Shown: positions 1 through 8,428, counted from the first letter of the stretch. The stretch: 20,000 nucleotides of DNA from an uncultured virus (IMG/VR IMGVR_UViG_3300030376_004332) (IMGVR_UViG_3300030376_004332); one strand, 5' to 3'. The notes: generated by a model from the letters alone, not told the origin. Numbers and translations are program-made.

Positions 1-1
1 C

Positions 2-499
2 GATCATGTTATCGTAAATATACTACGTGCGAGGCAACTGACTGAAGCCATGAAAGTCCCCGACTTAGTCGCATACACTCAAGATCTAGAGGAGCAGGGT
101 AACTCTGTAGTTCTATTTGTTAACTTTAGAGATACTGTAAAAGCCCTTTGTGATCAGCTTAAATGCAAGTCAATAGAGGGGGGTCAGACAGTGGAAGAAC
201 GTCAAGCTGTAGTAGATGATTTCCAAAATGATGAGACAAGCATAGTCGTTGCTAACATTGCAGCAGGGGGTACTGGACTATCATTACACGATTGTAATGG
301 GAATAGACCAAGAGTTAGTTTGATCTGCCCTTCTTTCAATGCTAAAGACTACCTCCAAACTTTAGGTCGTATCCACCGTAATGGTGCAAAGTCTGACGCT
401 ATACAAAAAGTTTTAGTTACATCAGGGTCTATAGAAGAAAACGTCATAGACTCAATAGAAAGAAAAATACAAAACCTAACAGAACTACATGGAGTCTAA
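2..499 (+). CDS. SNF2-like (SF2) helicase, C-terminal HELICc domain; 5'-truncated by window edge
   Basis: Frame is open from position 2 (DHVIVNILRARQLTEA-MKVP), so the ATG at 50 is internal. Motifs VVLFVNF (IV), IEGGQTVEERQAVVDDFQ, ANIAAGGTGLSL (V) and QTLGRIHRNG (VI) are typical of SNF2 helicase C-termini. Confidence 0.9.
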   Translation, partial: DHVIVNILRARQLTEAMKVPDLVAYTQDLEEQGNSVVLFVNFRDTVKALCDQLKCKSIEGGQTVEERQAVVDDFQNDETSIVVANIAAGGTGLSLHDCNGNRPRVSLICPSFNAKDYLQTLGRIHRNGAKSDAIQKVLVTSGSIEENVIDSIERKIQNLTELHGV

Positions 500-1610
500 T
501 ACACCTGATCATAGTAGCAGAGGACACGCTCCTTTCTCACCATCAAGTCTCAAATACGTAGCAGGTTGTTCTGGTTACGAAGGTCGATCAGGTACAAACG
601 CTGCTGCCGAGAAAGGGACTCGTATACACGAAGCCTTAGAAGTTCGTGATCCCTCTGCCCTGCACGATGAAGACGAAGTCCTGATTTATGAAGCAATAGT
701 TGAGCAAGAGGAAGCATATATCACTAAGTTTGCTCAGGGTTTAGAGTACAAGGAAGAGAATGAGATAGTGTTGGATGTTGATCTTGATTCTACTAAAACA
801 TGGGGAACCTGTGATAGACTAATTACATTTGATAATAAAGCTATACTGGCAGATTACAAAACAGGTGTCAGTGAGATAGACCCTCCTAGAAAGAATTGGC
901 AAGCAAGGGCTTACACTGTGGGAGCTTTCCAAAGATACCCAGAGTTAGAAGAAATAACTTTTGTATTTTATATACCTGTTCGTAATGAAGTTTTAGAGGG
1001 TAAGTTTACAAGAGAAGAGTTACCTATTTTGGTGAAGCAAGTAGCTGACGTAATACGAAATGGCGAGAAAGTGCGTCCTCAATGGGATGGTGGCTACCCT
1101 GAAGCGGATGCACTTTCTCCTTCAGTTAACTGTAGATTCTGTAAGCATGAAGATTACTGCCCATCTTTAGGTGGTTTAGCCGTTGAGATAGTACAAAGAA
1201 TATCAGGAGAGTCTTTACCTAAAGAAGATATTCAAGACCCAACCGATCCTAGTACAGTAGAGCATCTTTATACGGTAGCTAAAGTAGTAGAAAATTGGGC
1301 TAAACGTATAAAGGAACGAGCGGTTACTTTAGCAAAAGAAGGTATGGAGTTTGAAAACTTAAAACTTAGGTCTATGGGAGCTACACGTAAGTGTACAGAT
1401 AATATAAAGTTAATAGACATAGCTAAAGAACACGATTTAGAACAAGAAGATTTACTCAATTTGATTAATATTCCCCTTAAAAAAGTAGCTAATGCTGTAG
1501 GGGATGCTGCTCCTAAAGGAGAAAAAGGAGAAAAATCAAGATCTTTTCTTGACGCTGTTGAAAACAATGGCATCATAGAGACATCGGAAGAAAGGTTTAC
1601 CCTTTCTTAA
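489..1610 (+). CDS. Cas4/RecB-like PD-(D/E)XK exonuclease (DUF2800-like phage protein) with probable Fe-S cluster
   Basis: HAPFSPSS..C, GTRIHEALE, WGTCD, LADYKTG and QARAY nuclease motifs; one N-terminal Cys plus C-terminal CRFCKHEDYC; context next to SNF2 helicase and PolA. Confidence 0.85.
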   Translation: MESNTPDHSSRGHAPFSPSSLKYVAGCSGYEGRSGTNAAAEKGTRIHEALEVRDPSALHDEDEVLIYEAIVEQEEAYITKFAQGLEYKEENEIVLDVDLDSTKTWGTCDRLITFDNKAILADYKTGVSEIDPPRKNWQARAYTVGAFQRYPELEEITFVFYIPVRNEVLEGKFTREELPILVKQVADVIRNGEKVRPQWDGGYPEADALSPSVNCRFCKHEDYCPSLGGLAVEIVQRISGESLPKEDIQDPTDPSTVEHLYTVAKVVENWAKRIKERAVTLAKEGMEFENLKLRSMGATRKCTDNIKLIDIAKEHDLEQEDLLNLINIPLKKVANAVGDAAPKGEKGEKSRSFLDAVENNGIIETSEERFTLS

Positions 1611-1612
1611 AA

Positions 1613-1648
1613 CAAAAATAAGACTAAGACCAAGACCAAAAATAAGAC
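1613..1648 (+). repeat. Six-unit degenerate hexamer array in the leader of the SSB-like gene
   Basis: CAAAAA TAAGAC TAAGAC CAAGAC CAAAAA TAAGAC; the 12-mer CAAAAATAAGAC occurs at 1613-1624 and 1637-1648; ends 2 nt before ATG 1651. Confidence 0.85.
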
Positions 1649-1650
1649 AT

Positions 1651-2307
1651 ATGGCAAATACAAAAGTAGTAGCAACTAAAAAAGAAGAACTAGCAGCACC
1701 AGTAGCTGCTCCAAGGCTTGCGATATCAGCAGAAGATATCGAAATCCCAAGACTCAATGTTATACAAGGGTCATCGGAAATTGATGGTGACGAGGGAGCC
1801 CTCGTTATTAATCGTACCCACACAATCATGCCCACAGCAGGAACACTTTCAGTGATCCCTATTACGGCAATGAAAGGGTGGGCAGAAAATGTGCCTTTTG
1901 GTTCAAATGATATAGCAAGGATTGCTTACAGCCTTGAAGAAAAAACAGCAATAGATTCTGACTCTGAGTTTGGTACTATTGAGTTTGCTGATATCACGCT
2001 GTTGATTCCAGAACCAAAAGATATTGGTGAAGACGCAGCAGATGCGTTCCCATTCCCAATCGGTGAAACGTCTTACGCAATGGGTAAAATCCATGTTCGT
2101 AAGGCAGCTTACAGAAACACATATAAAAGACTTGGTTTGTTCCAAGCAATGAACCCAGAGTCTCCTTTGTGTGCTAAACACTGGAAATTCCAAGCGGATC
2201 AAGCGACAGCTAATAGGGTCAGTTGGTACATACCACAAATGACCGTAACTAAAGAAGATACTGATGAACAAGTAGTTGAGTTCGTATCAAGAATTATACC
2301 TGCATAA
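1651..2307 (+). CDS. Probable phage single-stranded DNA-binding / recombination accessory protein
   Basis: 218 aa; N-terminal EDIEIPRLNVIQGSS resembles the D-I-x-I-P-R-L-x-x-x-Q start of phage SSB-like proteins; aromatic-rich C-terminal strands; occupies the usual slot between exonuclease and PolA. No acidic C-terminal tail, so the call is largely contextual. Confidence 0.5.
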   Translation: MANTKVVATKKEELAAPVAAPRLAISAEDIEIPRLNVIQGSSEIDGDEGALVINRTHTIMPTAGTLSVIPITAMKGWAENVPFGSNDIARIAYSLEEKTAIDSDSEFGTIEFADITLLIPEPKDIGEDAADAFPFPIGETSYAMGKIHVRKAAYRNTYKRLGLFQAMNPESPLCAKHWKFQADQATANRVSWYIPQMTVTKEDTDEQVVEFVSRIIPA

Positions 2308-2309
2308 TT

Positions 2310-2510
2310 ATGAGTATTGAAGAATTAGATAATAAGATATCTATTATCCAAAATGAATTGGAACAAGTAGAAGAAATTACAAAAGACATAGTCTCTAAAG
2401 CAAGGGAGTTAGCACTCTCAGAGGTTAAGATGGGAACTTTAATAGAAGCGTTTGAAGCGCAACTGAAAGTTCTACAGGAGCAAAAGGAGTCTCAGCCTGA
2501 GCTAATATAA
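2310..2510 (+). CDS. Small acidic coiled-coil hypothetical protein
   Basis: 66 aa, heptad-like I/L pattern, E/K/Q rich, ATG 2 nt after the upstream stop. Confidence 0.75.
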   Translation: MSIEELDNKISIIQNELEQVEEITKDIVSKARELALSEVKMGTLIEAFEAQLKVLQEQKESQPELI

Positions 2511-2511
2511 A

Positions 2512-2610
2512 TCTTACCCCTTGCGGATTTACATGGAGTTTCCCGCAAGGAGTAGAAATGAGGGGAGCCTACCTGTGCGTCTTAGGTTTACGTGCAGGTA
2601 GGCAACTCAT
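2512..2610 (+). promoter_or_regulatory. Tandem pair of stem-loops filling the intergenic region upstream of the DNA polymerase
   Basis: Hairpin 1: CCTTGCGG (2519-2526) / CCGCAAGG (2543-2550) with imperfect outer extension. Hairpin 2: GCCTACCTG (2567-2575) / CAGGTAGGC (2595-2603), inner TGCGT/ACGTG (two G-U pairs), outer ATGAG (2558-2562) / CTCAT (2606-2610). Function is not determined. Confidence 0.65.
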
Positions 2611-2617
2611 CTAGACT

Positions 2618-4381
2618 ATGGATACAATAGCAATAGACTTTGAAAGTTATTACGATAAGGAATGCTCTGTACGCATCCTTGGATTATTAGGATACTTTAG
2701 CCACCCCGAATTTGATGCATATAGAGTTAGTGCTGTTGGGGATGATGGTACGAATTTTGTAGGGTGTCCTAAAGAAGATTTTGATTGGAGTATTATAGAA
2801 GGTAATCTCATACTCTCACACAACGCACAATTTGATGAAACGCTTTACTTGTATGGAGTTGATCAAGGGTGGTGGAAAAAGTTTGATTACGCTGACTGGG
2901 TGTGTACAGCAGACCTAGCAGCATACTGTGGATTGCCGAGATCACTGAAAGGAGCTACAACCACTCTTTATAATTTAGAAGTAGATAAGTCTACTAGAGA
3001 CAACATGTCAGGTAAACGATGGGAGGACATGACAAAAGAGTTTCAAGATGAAGTAGATGAGTACGCATTAAAGGACTCTGAGCTTTGTTTAAAACTATGG
3101 CAAGACTTAGAGGGTGATTGGCCTCAGCAAGAGCGGGATATCAGCCTAGCCAATAGGAGATGTGTACAAAGGGGAATACCTATCGATACGGAATTATTAA
3201 AACAATCCCTAATAACTATTAACGAGAAGTTATTTAAAGCAGAAAATTCTATACCTTGGATTGATGATAAACCCATTCTATCTAGAAAAGCTTTTAACGA
3301 AGAGTGTAAGAAAGAAGGGCTCGTACCTCCTGCTAGTCTAGCACTTACAGATGAGGACGCTAATAAGTGGATAAAAGAGCATGAGGGTAAGTATGAGTGG
3401 ATCTCTGCTGTGCGTAACTACAGAAGGATAAACTCACTTAAAAGAAAGTTAGAGTCTTTTGAGTACGCTACTATGGGGGATCAAAGATACTACGGAGGTA
3501 TACTGTATCACGGAGCCCATACAGGTAGATTTAGTGGGAGTGGTGGTAACCTAAACTTACAGAACCTACCTAGAGGTGAAATGTTTGGAGTTAATTTACG
3601 GAGTTTAATATCGCCAAAGAAGGGTAAGAAGTTAGTTGTTGTTGACCTATCTCAAATTGAAGTCAGGACACTTTGTTGGTTAGCGGAAGACCAAGTATCC
3701 CTCGAAGAAATTAAACAGAGTGATGACATATACGAAGCGTTTGCAATCCGTTTTGATAAATGGGACAAATCAAAAGGGGTGCTAAAAGATGAAGATCCAT
3801 CACTAAGACATTTAGTTAAGACTATGGTTCTCGGATGTGGTTATTCTGTATCAGCAAAGAAATTTGCTTTGATATCTAACATGGATGAAGAAGAAGCTGT
3901 CAAGGCTGTACATTTATATAGGACAAAAATGAAACGTGTTGTGTCCCTTTGGAACAAACTTCAACGCCAGTTGCACGTAGCCTATTCATTAGGAACTGAT
4001 TTTGTTGTGGACTTACCGTCAGGGCGTTCGTTGAACTACGGAGTGATACAAACTCAGCTTCAATTTGGCAGGAGGAACTACATGGCTATGATTGCTAAAG
4101 GAATTAAGAAAATACCTGTAAAGTTATATGGAGGACTTTTAACAGAAAACGCATCACAAGCACTTGCAAGAGACATATTTTCAGATATAATCATCCGCCT
4201 CGAAAAACGGGGTATGGGAATTATTTTTCACGTCCACGACGAAGTAGTTGTCGAGGTGGACGAAAATGAAGCAGAAGGAACGCTTGAATTGATTATTCAA
4301 GAAATGAGAACACCTCCAGAATGGATACCTGATATTCCCCTAGATGCAGAAGGTAAAATTTTGGATAAATATGAAAAGTAA
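2618..4381 (+). CDS. polA: Phage family A DNA polymerase with 3'-5' exonuclease domain (Leu762 type)
   Basis: ExoI IAIDFESY, ExoII SHNAQFD, ExoIII YALKDS; HTGRFSG..NLQNLP; motif A VVVDLSQIEVR; motif B RHLVKTMVLGCGY; ENASQALARD; motif C HVHDEVVVE. Confidence 0.96.
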   Translation: MDTIAIDFESYYDKECSVRILGLLGYFSHPEFDAYRVSAVGDDGTNFVGCPKEDFDWSIIEGNLILSHNAQFDETLYLYGVDQGWWKKFDYADWVCTADLAAYCGLPRSLKGATTTLYNLEVDKSTRDNMSGKRWEDMTKEFQDEVDEYALKDSELCLKLWQDLEGDWPQQERDISLANRRCVQRGIPIDTELLKQSLITINEKLFKAENSIPWIDDKPILSRKAFNEECKKEGLVPPASLALTDEDANKWIKEHEGKYEWISAVRNYRRINSLKRKLESFEYATMGDQRYYGGILYHGAHTGRFSGSGGNLNLQNLPRGEMFGVNLRSLISPKKGKKLVVVDLSQIEVRTLCWLAEDQVSLEEIKQSDDIYEAFAIRFDKWDKSKGVLKDEDPSLRHLVKTMVLGCGYSVSAKKFALISNMDEEEAVKAVHLYRTKMKRVVSLWNKLQRQLHVAYSLGTDFVVDLPSGRSLNYGVIQTQLQFGRRNYMAMIAKGIKKIPVKLYGGLLTENASQALARDIFSDIIIRLEKRGMGIIFHVHDEVVVEVDENEAEGTLELIIQEMRTPPEWIPDIPLDAEGKILDKYEK

Positions 4382-4383
4382 AA

Positions 4384-6570
4384 ATGCATTACAAATACCT
4401 AAAAAACCTATCCGAACATAAAATATATACAGTTAAATCCCTCACAGAAATTACAACAACTCCAAAAAAGTTTACAGACAAAATACAAAGGAGAACGTGG
4501 TCTAATCACCCAGACACAGATTACGCTTTCTATTCATTGTTCGAGGGGAACGTAGGGTCTACACGCATATCAAAAAGGGGGGAGAATAAAGTGTGTGCTA
4601 TGTGGGGCTTCGTTGTCGAATACGACAACATAACTCCTGATTGGGACACGTTAGTAGATGAACTATTAACCAAGTGTGGTCCGTACCCACCCACAGTGAT
4701 AACAAGAACACCGTCAGGAGGAGTCCGTTTAATATGGGAGTTTGAAGATAAGCTGCTCATAGATGACAGGATGTTTAAGAACTTTATTAATCGGTTAGCT
4801 GATAGACTTAAAGTAAGGAGGTTGTTTGCAGGGTTTGATGAGTCTTGCCTATTACCCCACCAATATTTTTACTTAGGTGAAATAATTCACACTACAAATA
4901 AAAGAATACCTGAAGAACTCTACGTTAAATTATTAATTAAAACAGGTATTGAAAACCCTCCACAAGCTCCTTCATCATTAAGTATTCCATTAGACGCTGT
5001 TGAAACGGAAGTACGTGAAAATACTAAGTACAATAGTAGGTGGCCTTACCCATTTGAAGTAGGTGTAAGAGGGCCTTTATTTTGGATCGATGATGGTATT
5101 GAAAGAGAAGGGTGTCAGATAACACAAGACGGCATGATCTGCTACTCAGATAGAGCAGGTAAAGGTTTCTTAACGTGGAAGGAAATATTCGGAGAAAAGT
5201 TTGTCGAAGATTATGAGAATAAAAAATTAGACTATCTAATAGAGCGATACTGGTTTACGGGAAAAACTTTTTATACAAAGATAAACAATCGTGTTTGTAT
5301 GATAGACAAAGACCAACTCAAATTAGAACTAAGGCAAGCTGGTTTTAACAAAAGAGCAAGTGCAGGAAAGCCGTTAAGTGAGCTAGAGAACGCTGTATTA
5401 ATAATACAACGTGATAGTCGAATTGACGAAGTAGCTCCTATTGTATTTGATGAAGATACCGTAGTTCAGTCAGGGCCAAATAAAATTTTAAATACCAGTA
5501 CCTTAAAAGCAATACAACCTGCGGGAGATAGTGATAAGAAAAAATGGCCTTTTATTGATAAATGGTTAAAGCAGTTTTTTAAAGATGAAAAGTCTTTAAA
5601 CTATTTCTATGCTTGGTTACAAAGAATATACTCGGCTGTTCTGTATAAAGAATCAAAACAAGGACACGCTTTATTATTAGTAGGGCCAACAAACAAAGGA
5701 AAATCTTTGTTATCTAATAAGCTTATAGGTGGTTTGCTTGGAGGATTTGCAGACGCATCTGATTATTTAAGTGGTGACAGTAAGTTCAATAAAGAATTAG
5801 GTCAGGTAGCTGCTTGGGTTATCGATGATACAACCTCTGCTGCTTCTTTTGCAGAACAAAGAAGGGCTACTGAACTCATTAAAAAAGCGACAGCTAACCC
5901 AAGAATAGAGTACCAAGCTAAATTTGAAAACTCTATAACAATCAGTTGGGCAGGAAGAGTTATCATGTCTTTAAATATGGACGCAACAAGCTTATCAGTT
6001 ATACCTGCATTAGACTCAAGTAACAGAGATAAGATAATTGCTCTGCGTATATCAGATGATGCTACTAGCAATTTTTCTAAACTACTCAATGTAGTAGAAG
6101 CTAGTAATACAGTTATAGAAAGCACAATGGAAGAAGAATTACCACACTTTGCACAGTGGCTACTCGAATATGAAATACCGAAAGATATAAAAGGAGACTC
6201 AAGGTTCGGTATTAAGTCACACATAGACCCTGAAATAGATGCTGCTGCGTTCGCTAACTCAAATAGATCTGTGTTAATAGAGGCTATAGAATTTTTTGCC
6301 GAAACATTAAAAGAGTATGGGTATAATAAGCCTGTATGGAGGGGTACTGTAGTAAAATTAATGGCTAAAATACAAGACCTAAACGGAAATAAGCCTTTGA
6401 ATAACCTGACTAGTAATATGGGTTGGATGATTCGTGGTATGCAATCATTGGAAGAAGCTAGTAAAGCTGATAAAGATGTACGTCCTATAACTTCTGTTTA
6501 TAAAAACAACCTTAGAATTTACTCTATTGATTTAGATTCAAAGTGGGATATAAGTACTTCTGATGACTAG
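4384..6570 (+). CDS. Primase-helicase: N-terminal AEP/PrimPol-like domain fused to an SF3 (D5/DUF5906-like) helicase
   Basis: Walker A VGPTNKGKS (~5680-5706), SKFNKEL, Walker B WVIDD, motif C IMSLN followed by DSSNRDK; N-terminal AEP-like motifs GFVVEYD and RTPSGGVRLIW; directly follows PolA. Confidence 0.85.
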   Translation: MHYKYLKNLSEHKIYTVKSLTEITTTPKKFTDKIQRRTWSNHPDTDYAFYSLFEGNVGSTRISKRGENKVCAMWGFVVEYDNITPDWDTLVDELLTKCGPYPPTVITRTPSGGVRLIWEFEDKLLIDDRMFKNFINRLADRLKVRRLFAGFDESCLLPHQYFYLGEIIHTTNKRIPEELYVKLLIKTGIENPPQAPSSLSIPLDAVETEVRENTKYNSRWPYPFEVGVRGPLFWIDDGIEREGCQITQDGMICYSDRAGKGFLTWKEIFGEKFVEDYENKKLDYLIERYWFTGKTFYTKINNRVCMIDKDQLKLELRQAGFNKRASAGKPLSELENAVLIIQRDSRIDEVAPIVFDEDTVVQSGPNKILNTSTLKAIQPAGDSDKKKWPFIDKWLKQFFKDEKSLNYFYAWLQRIYSAVLYKESKQGHALLLVGPTNKGKSLLSNKLIGGLLGGFADASDYLSGDSKFNKELGQVAAWVIDDTTSAASFAEQRRATELIKKATANPRIEYQAKFENSITISWAGRVIMSLNMDATSLSVIPALDSSNRDKIIALRISDDATSNFSKLLNVVEASNTVIESTMEEELPHFAQWLLEYEIPKDIKGDSRFGIKSHIDPEIDAAAFANSNRSVLIEAIEFFAETLKEYGYNKPVWRGTVVKLMAKIQDLNGNKPLNNLTSNMGWMIRGMQSLEEASKADKDVRPITSVYKNNLRIYSIDLDSKWDISTSDD

Positions 6571-6829
6571 AGAAGAAATTAATGAGTTCTGTGAGGTTAA
6601 CGCACCTGACGAAGACATAATAGTCCCTGATGATTTCGATGACGCTTTCATTGGGTTGGCTTTAGAAGAAGACCCTACAAGGGCTGTGTACTCAATAGAA
6701 AGGTGTATTAATATATTAGCTAAAGAAATGAAACCAGATGAAGCGGAAGAATACTTTTGGTTTAATGTAGCAGGGTCGATAGGAAAAGGTTACCCAATAT
6801 TTATTTCTACACCCGAAGAAACTTATTGA
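6563..6829 (+). CDS. Conserved small phage hypothetical protein
   Basis: 88 aa acidic; DDFDDAFIG...AVYS...EAEEYFWFNVAG...PIF pattern I recall from uncharacterised aquatic-phage proteins; 8-nt overlap with the upstream stop. Confidence 0.8.
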   Translation: MTREEINEFCEVNAPDEDIIVPDDFDDAFIGLALEEDPTRAVYSIERCINILAKEMKPDEAEEYFWFNVAGSIGKGYPIFISTPEETY

Positions 6830-7353
6830 AATAAAGTAGCAGATTGTAAATCCTCTATATCAATATGCAATCCTGATGTTTTATACACAAACCCATCAGT
6901 ATCTGTCTCACCTCTATTTTTGTATGTAGCCTTCTTTAGAAGCTTTGTTGTGGGTAACCAACCGACAATCCAAACAATCATAAAGTCTTTACGCACTCGT
7001 GTAAAAAAGTAAGCGTCGTTGTCGGGCATAAATTGTTTCTTACAATTAACTGAAGCGGAGTAATGGGGCTTTGGGGGCGTAGCACAAGATTTAGATTTAA
7101 CTTCTATCTTACGTTTCTTATACTCTAAGTCGTGAGTGAACACTGAGTCACCAACATACTTACTCCTCTTTAAATATTTATGTACAGCTATCTCACCTAA
7201 GTATCCTGCCATTCGCCCTACACCCTGAGTAAATGAATTAGGAAGCACTCCCAGTTGGCATGACCTCTTATGTGCAACAACTAGATCATCGCTGGTAGGG
7301 GTATACACAACGAAGTTATCTTTAACTTCAAACCCTTTTCTTTTCCTAGCCAA
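6823..7353 (-). CDS. PD-(D/E)XK restriction-endonuclease-like protein
   Basis: GYLGEIAV helix, then HDLEYKKRKIEVKS (D...ExK) and VWIVGWL. Start moved from 7413 to TTG at 7353, 2 nt after the upstream stop; start uncertain. Confidence 0.7.
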   Translation of the reverse strand: MARKRKGFEVKDNFVVYTPTSDDLVVAHKRSCQLGVLPNSFTQGVGRMAGYLGEIAVHKYLKRSKYVGDSVFTHDLEYKKRKIEVKSKSCATPPKPHYSASVNCKKQFMPDNDAYFFTRVRKDFMIVWIVGWLPTTKLLKKATYKNRGETDTDGFVYKTSGLHIDIEDLQSATLFQ

Positions 7354-7355
7354 AA

Positions 7356-7652
7356 TTAATTTACTTTTTTGAGGAAATTGTTCCATGCGGGAAAGAATAT
7401 TTCTTCCATGCATCGCACAACTGCTTCTTGTTCATATGACTCAAGCCAACCAACACCACTTAGTAATAAGCTGGCTTCCATCATTTCATGTCTTATGGTT
7501 TCTAGTAAGACCTTACCTTTGATCTTTTTATTAATTTGAATTAGTTTTTTATCGTGGAAGTATAAACCATAGGGAGGCTCATCATCGCCAAAAGGAACCA
7601 CCTCTACTTCTATTCGGTGACCCGCAATAGATATTGATTTTGGAAGTTCCAC
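7356..7652 (-). CDS. Small zincin-like (ImmA/IrrE-like fold) phage protein with HEMME variant motif
   Basis: PKSISIAGHRIEV...YGLY...LIQIN...LETIRHEMMEA...EQEAVV is the layout of minimal phage metallopeptidase-like proteins. Probable GTG start at 7652, 1 nt after the endolysin stop, rather than 7700. Confidence 0.6.
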   Translation of the reverse strand: MELPKSISIAGHRIEVEVVPFGDDEPPYGLYFHDKKLIQINKKIKGKVLLETIRHEMMEASLLLSGVGWLESYEQEAVVRCMEEIFFPAWNNFLKKVN

Positions 7653-7653
7653 A

Positions 7654-8208
7654 TTACCACCTTTCTGAAAGTTCCGTATACAATGAAATACCCCCAGCAA
7701 TAGCAGAGGCCATACCTTTTTTATTCTTAGTAGCTAGTTCCCAATCTTCTTTATTTGTACCGAAAAACGGTTCCGCAATGCAAGCTGGCATTGAGGTGGC
7801 TCGTAAAAAGTAAGCCCCTCTACTACCTTTCTTACGTCCTTTAATACCTCTACTAGTAAACTGAGGGAAAGAGTCCTCAAATGAGTCCCTTAAAGTACGT
7901 GCAAGCAATCGTCCTTTCTCAGAAGTATGCCAATAGAGCCATTCATGCCCTGTTGCTTTTGGAGTAGCAGCATTAAAGTGCAGTTCAACGGCAGTACTTA
8001 CACGATCTTCATCTAACTTCCTAGATAACCACCGCATGGCTGTAACATAGCTACCCCCATGATAAGAAGAATAAATCTTATATGGTTGTTGTAGCTCCTT
8101 GCCAATCATCTCAGCAAGTTCGGAATTATAATCCCATTCAGTTATGCCCGAAACAGAGGCTGCACCTGAATCATTTGGTCGAGAGTGTCCTACGCAGATT
8201 GCTATCAT
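7654..8208 (-). CDS. N-acetylmuramoyl-L-alanine amidase endolysin (Amidase_3 family)
   Basis: Zn ligands and catalytic Glu in order: CVGHS, TEWDYN, VELHFNA, GHEWLY, FLRATSMPACIAEPFF; single catalytic domain with no cell-wall-binding domain. Confidence 0.93.
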   Translation of the reverse strand: MIAICVGHSRPNDSGAASVSGITEWDYNSELAEMIGKELQQPYKIYSSYHGGSYVTAMRWLSRKLDEDRVSTAVELHFNAATPKATGHEWLYWHTSEKGRLLARTLRDSFEDSFPQFTSRGIKGRKKGSRGAYFLRATSMPACIAEPFFGTNKEDWELATKNKKGMASAIAGGISLYTELSERW

Positions 8209-8428
8209 CTCCTATTATTATAGCACGTCTGTAGGAATAATCACTATGGAACTTCTGCCCACGCCCCATGAGATTGCCTTCTTTAAAGGGGTAATCGTAC
8301 CCTTGAATTAGGGTAACTGTAGGAGGATCATATATTGCGCTTTCGTTCAATGCTGAGTCGCCCACTAAGTCTTTCAAGGCGCAGCTTGGCAGCAGGGCTA
8401 CCGTCAGCAGCAAGGCGATCAATCTCAT
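8171..8428 (-). CDS. Lipoprotein, candidate o-spanin (Rz1-like)
   Basis: From ATG 8428: MRLIALLLTVALLPS-C, a basic N-terminus, hydrophobic core and lipobox-like Cys; overlaps the 3' half of the upstream ORF in another frame; lies in the lysis cassette. Confidence 0.65.
   Translation of the reverse strand: MRLIALLLTVALLPSCALKDLVGDSALNESAIYDPPTVTLIQGYDYPFKEGNLMGRGQKFHSDYSYRRAIIIGDDSNLRRTLSTK

Noticed and set aside
489..1610. Cas4-like gene as evidence of a CRISPR-Cas system
   Set aside because: No cas1/cas2 or array; solo Cas4/RecB-like nucleases are routine in phage replication modules.
2512..2610. tRNA or classical rho-independent terminator
   Set aside because: No cloverleaf or T-loop consensus, and no U-tract after either hairpin on either strand.
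1268..6224. Minus-strand ORFs 1268-1576, 1536-1835, 1903-2271, 4530-4760 and 5802-6224
   Set aside because: Antisense shadows of well-supported replication genes; no recognisable motifs.
2618..6570. Intein or self-splicing intron in the polymerase or primase-helicase
   Set aside because: Both ORFs are uninterrupted, of compact size, with normally spaced motifs and no intein or homing-endonuclease signatures.
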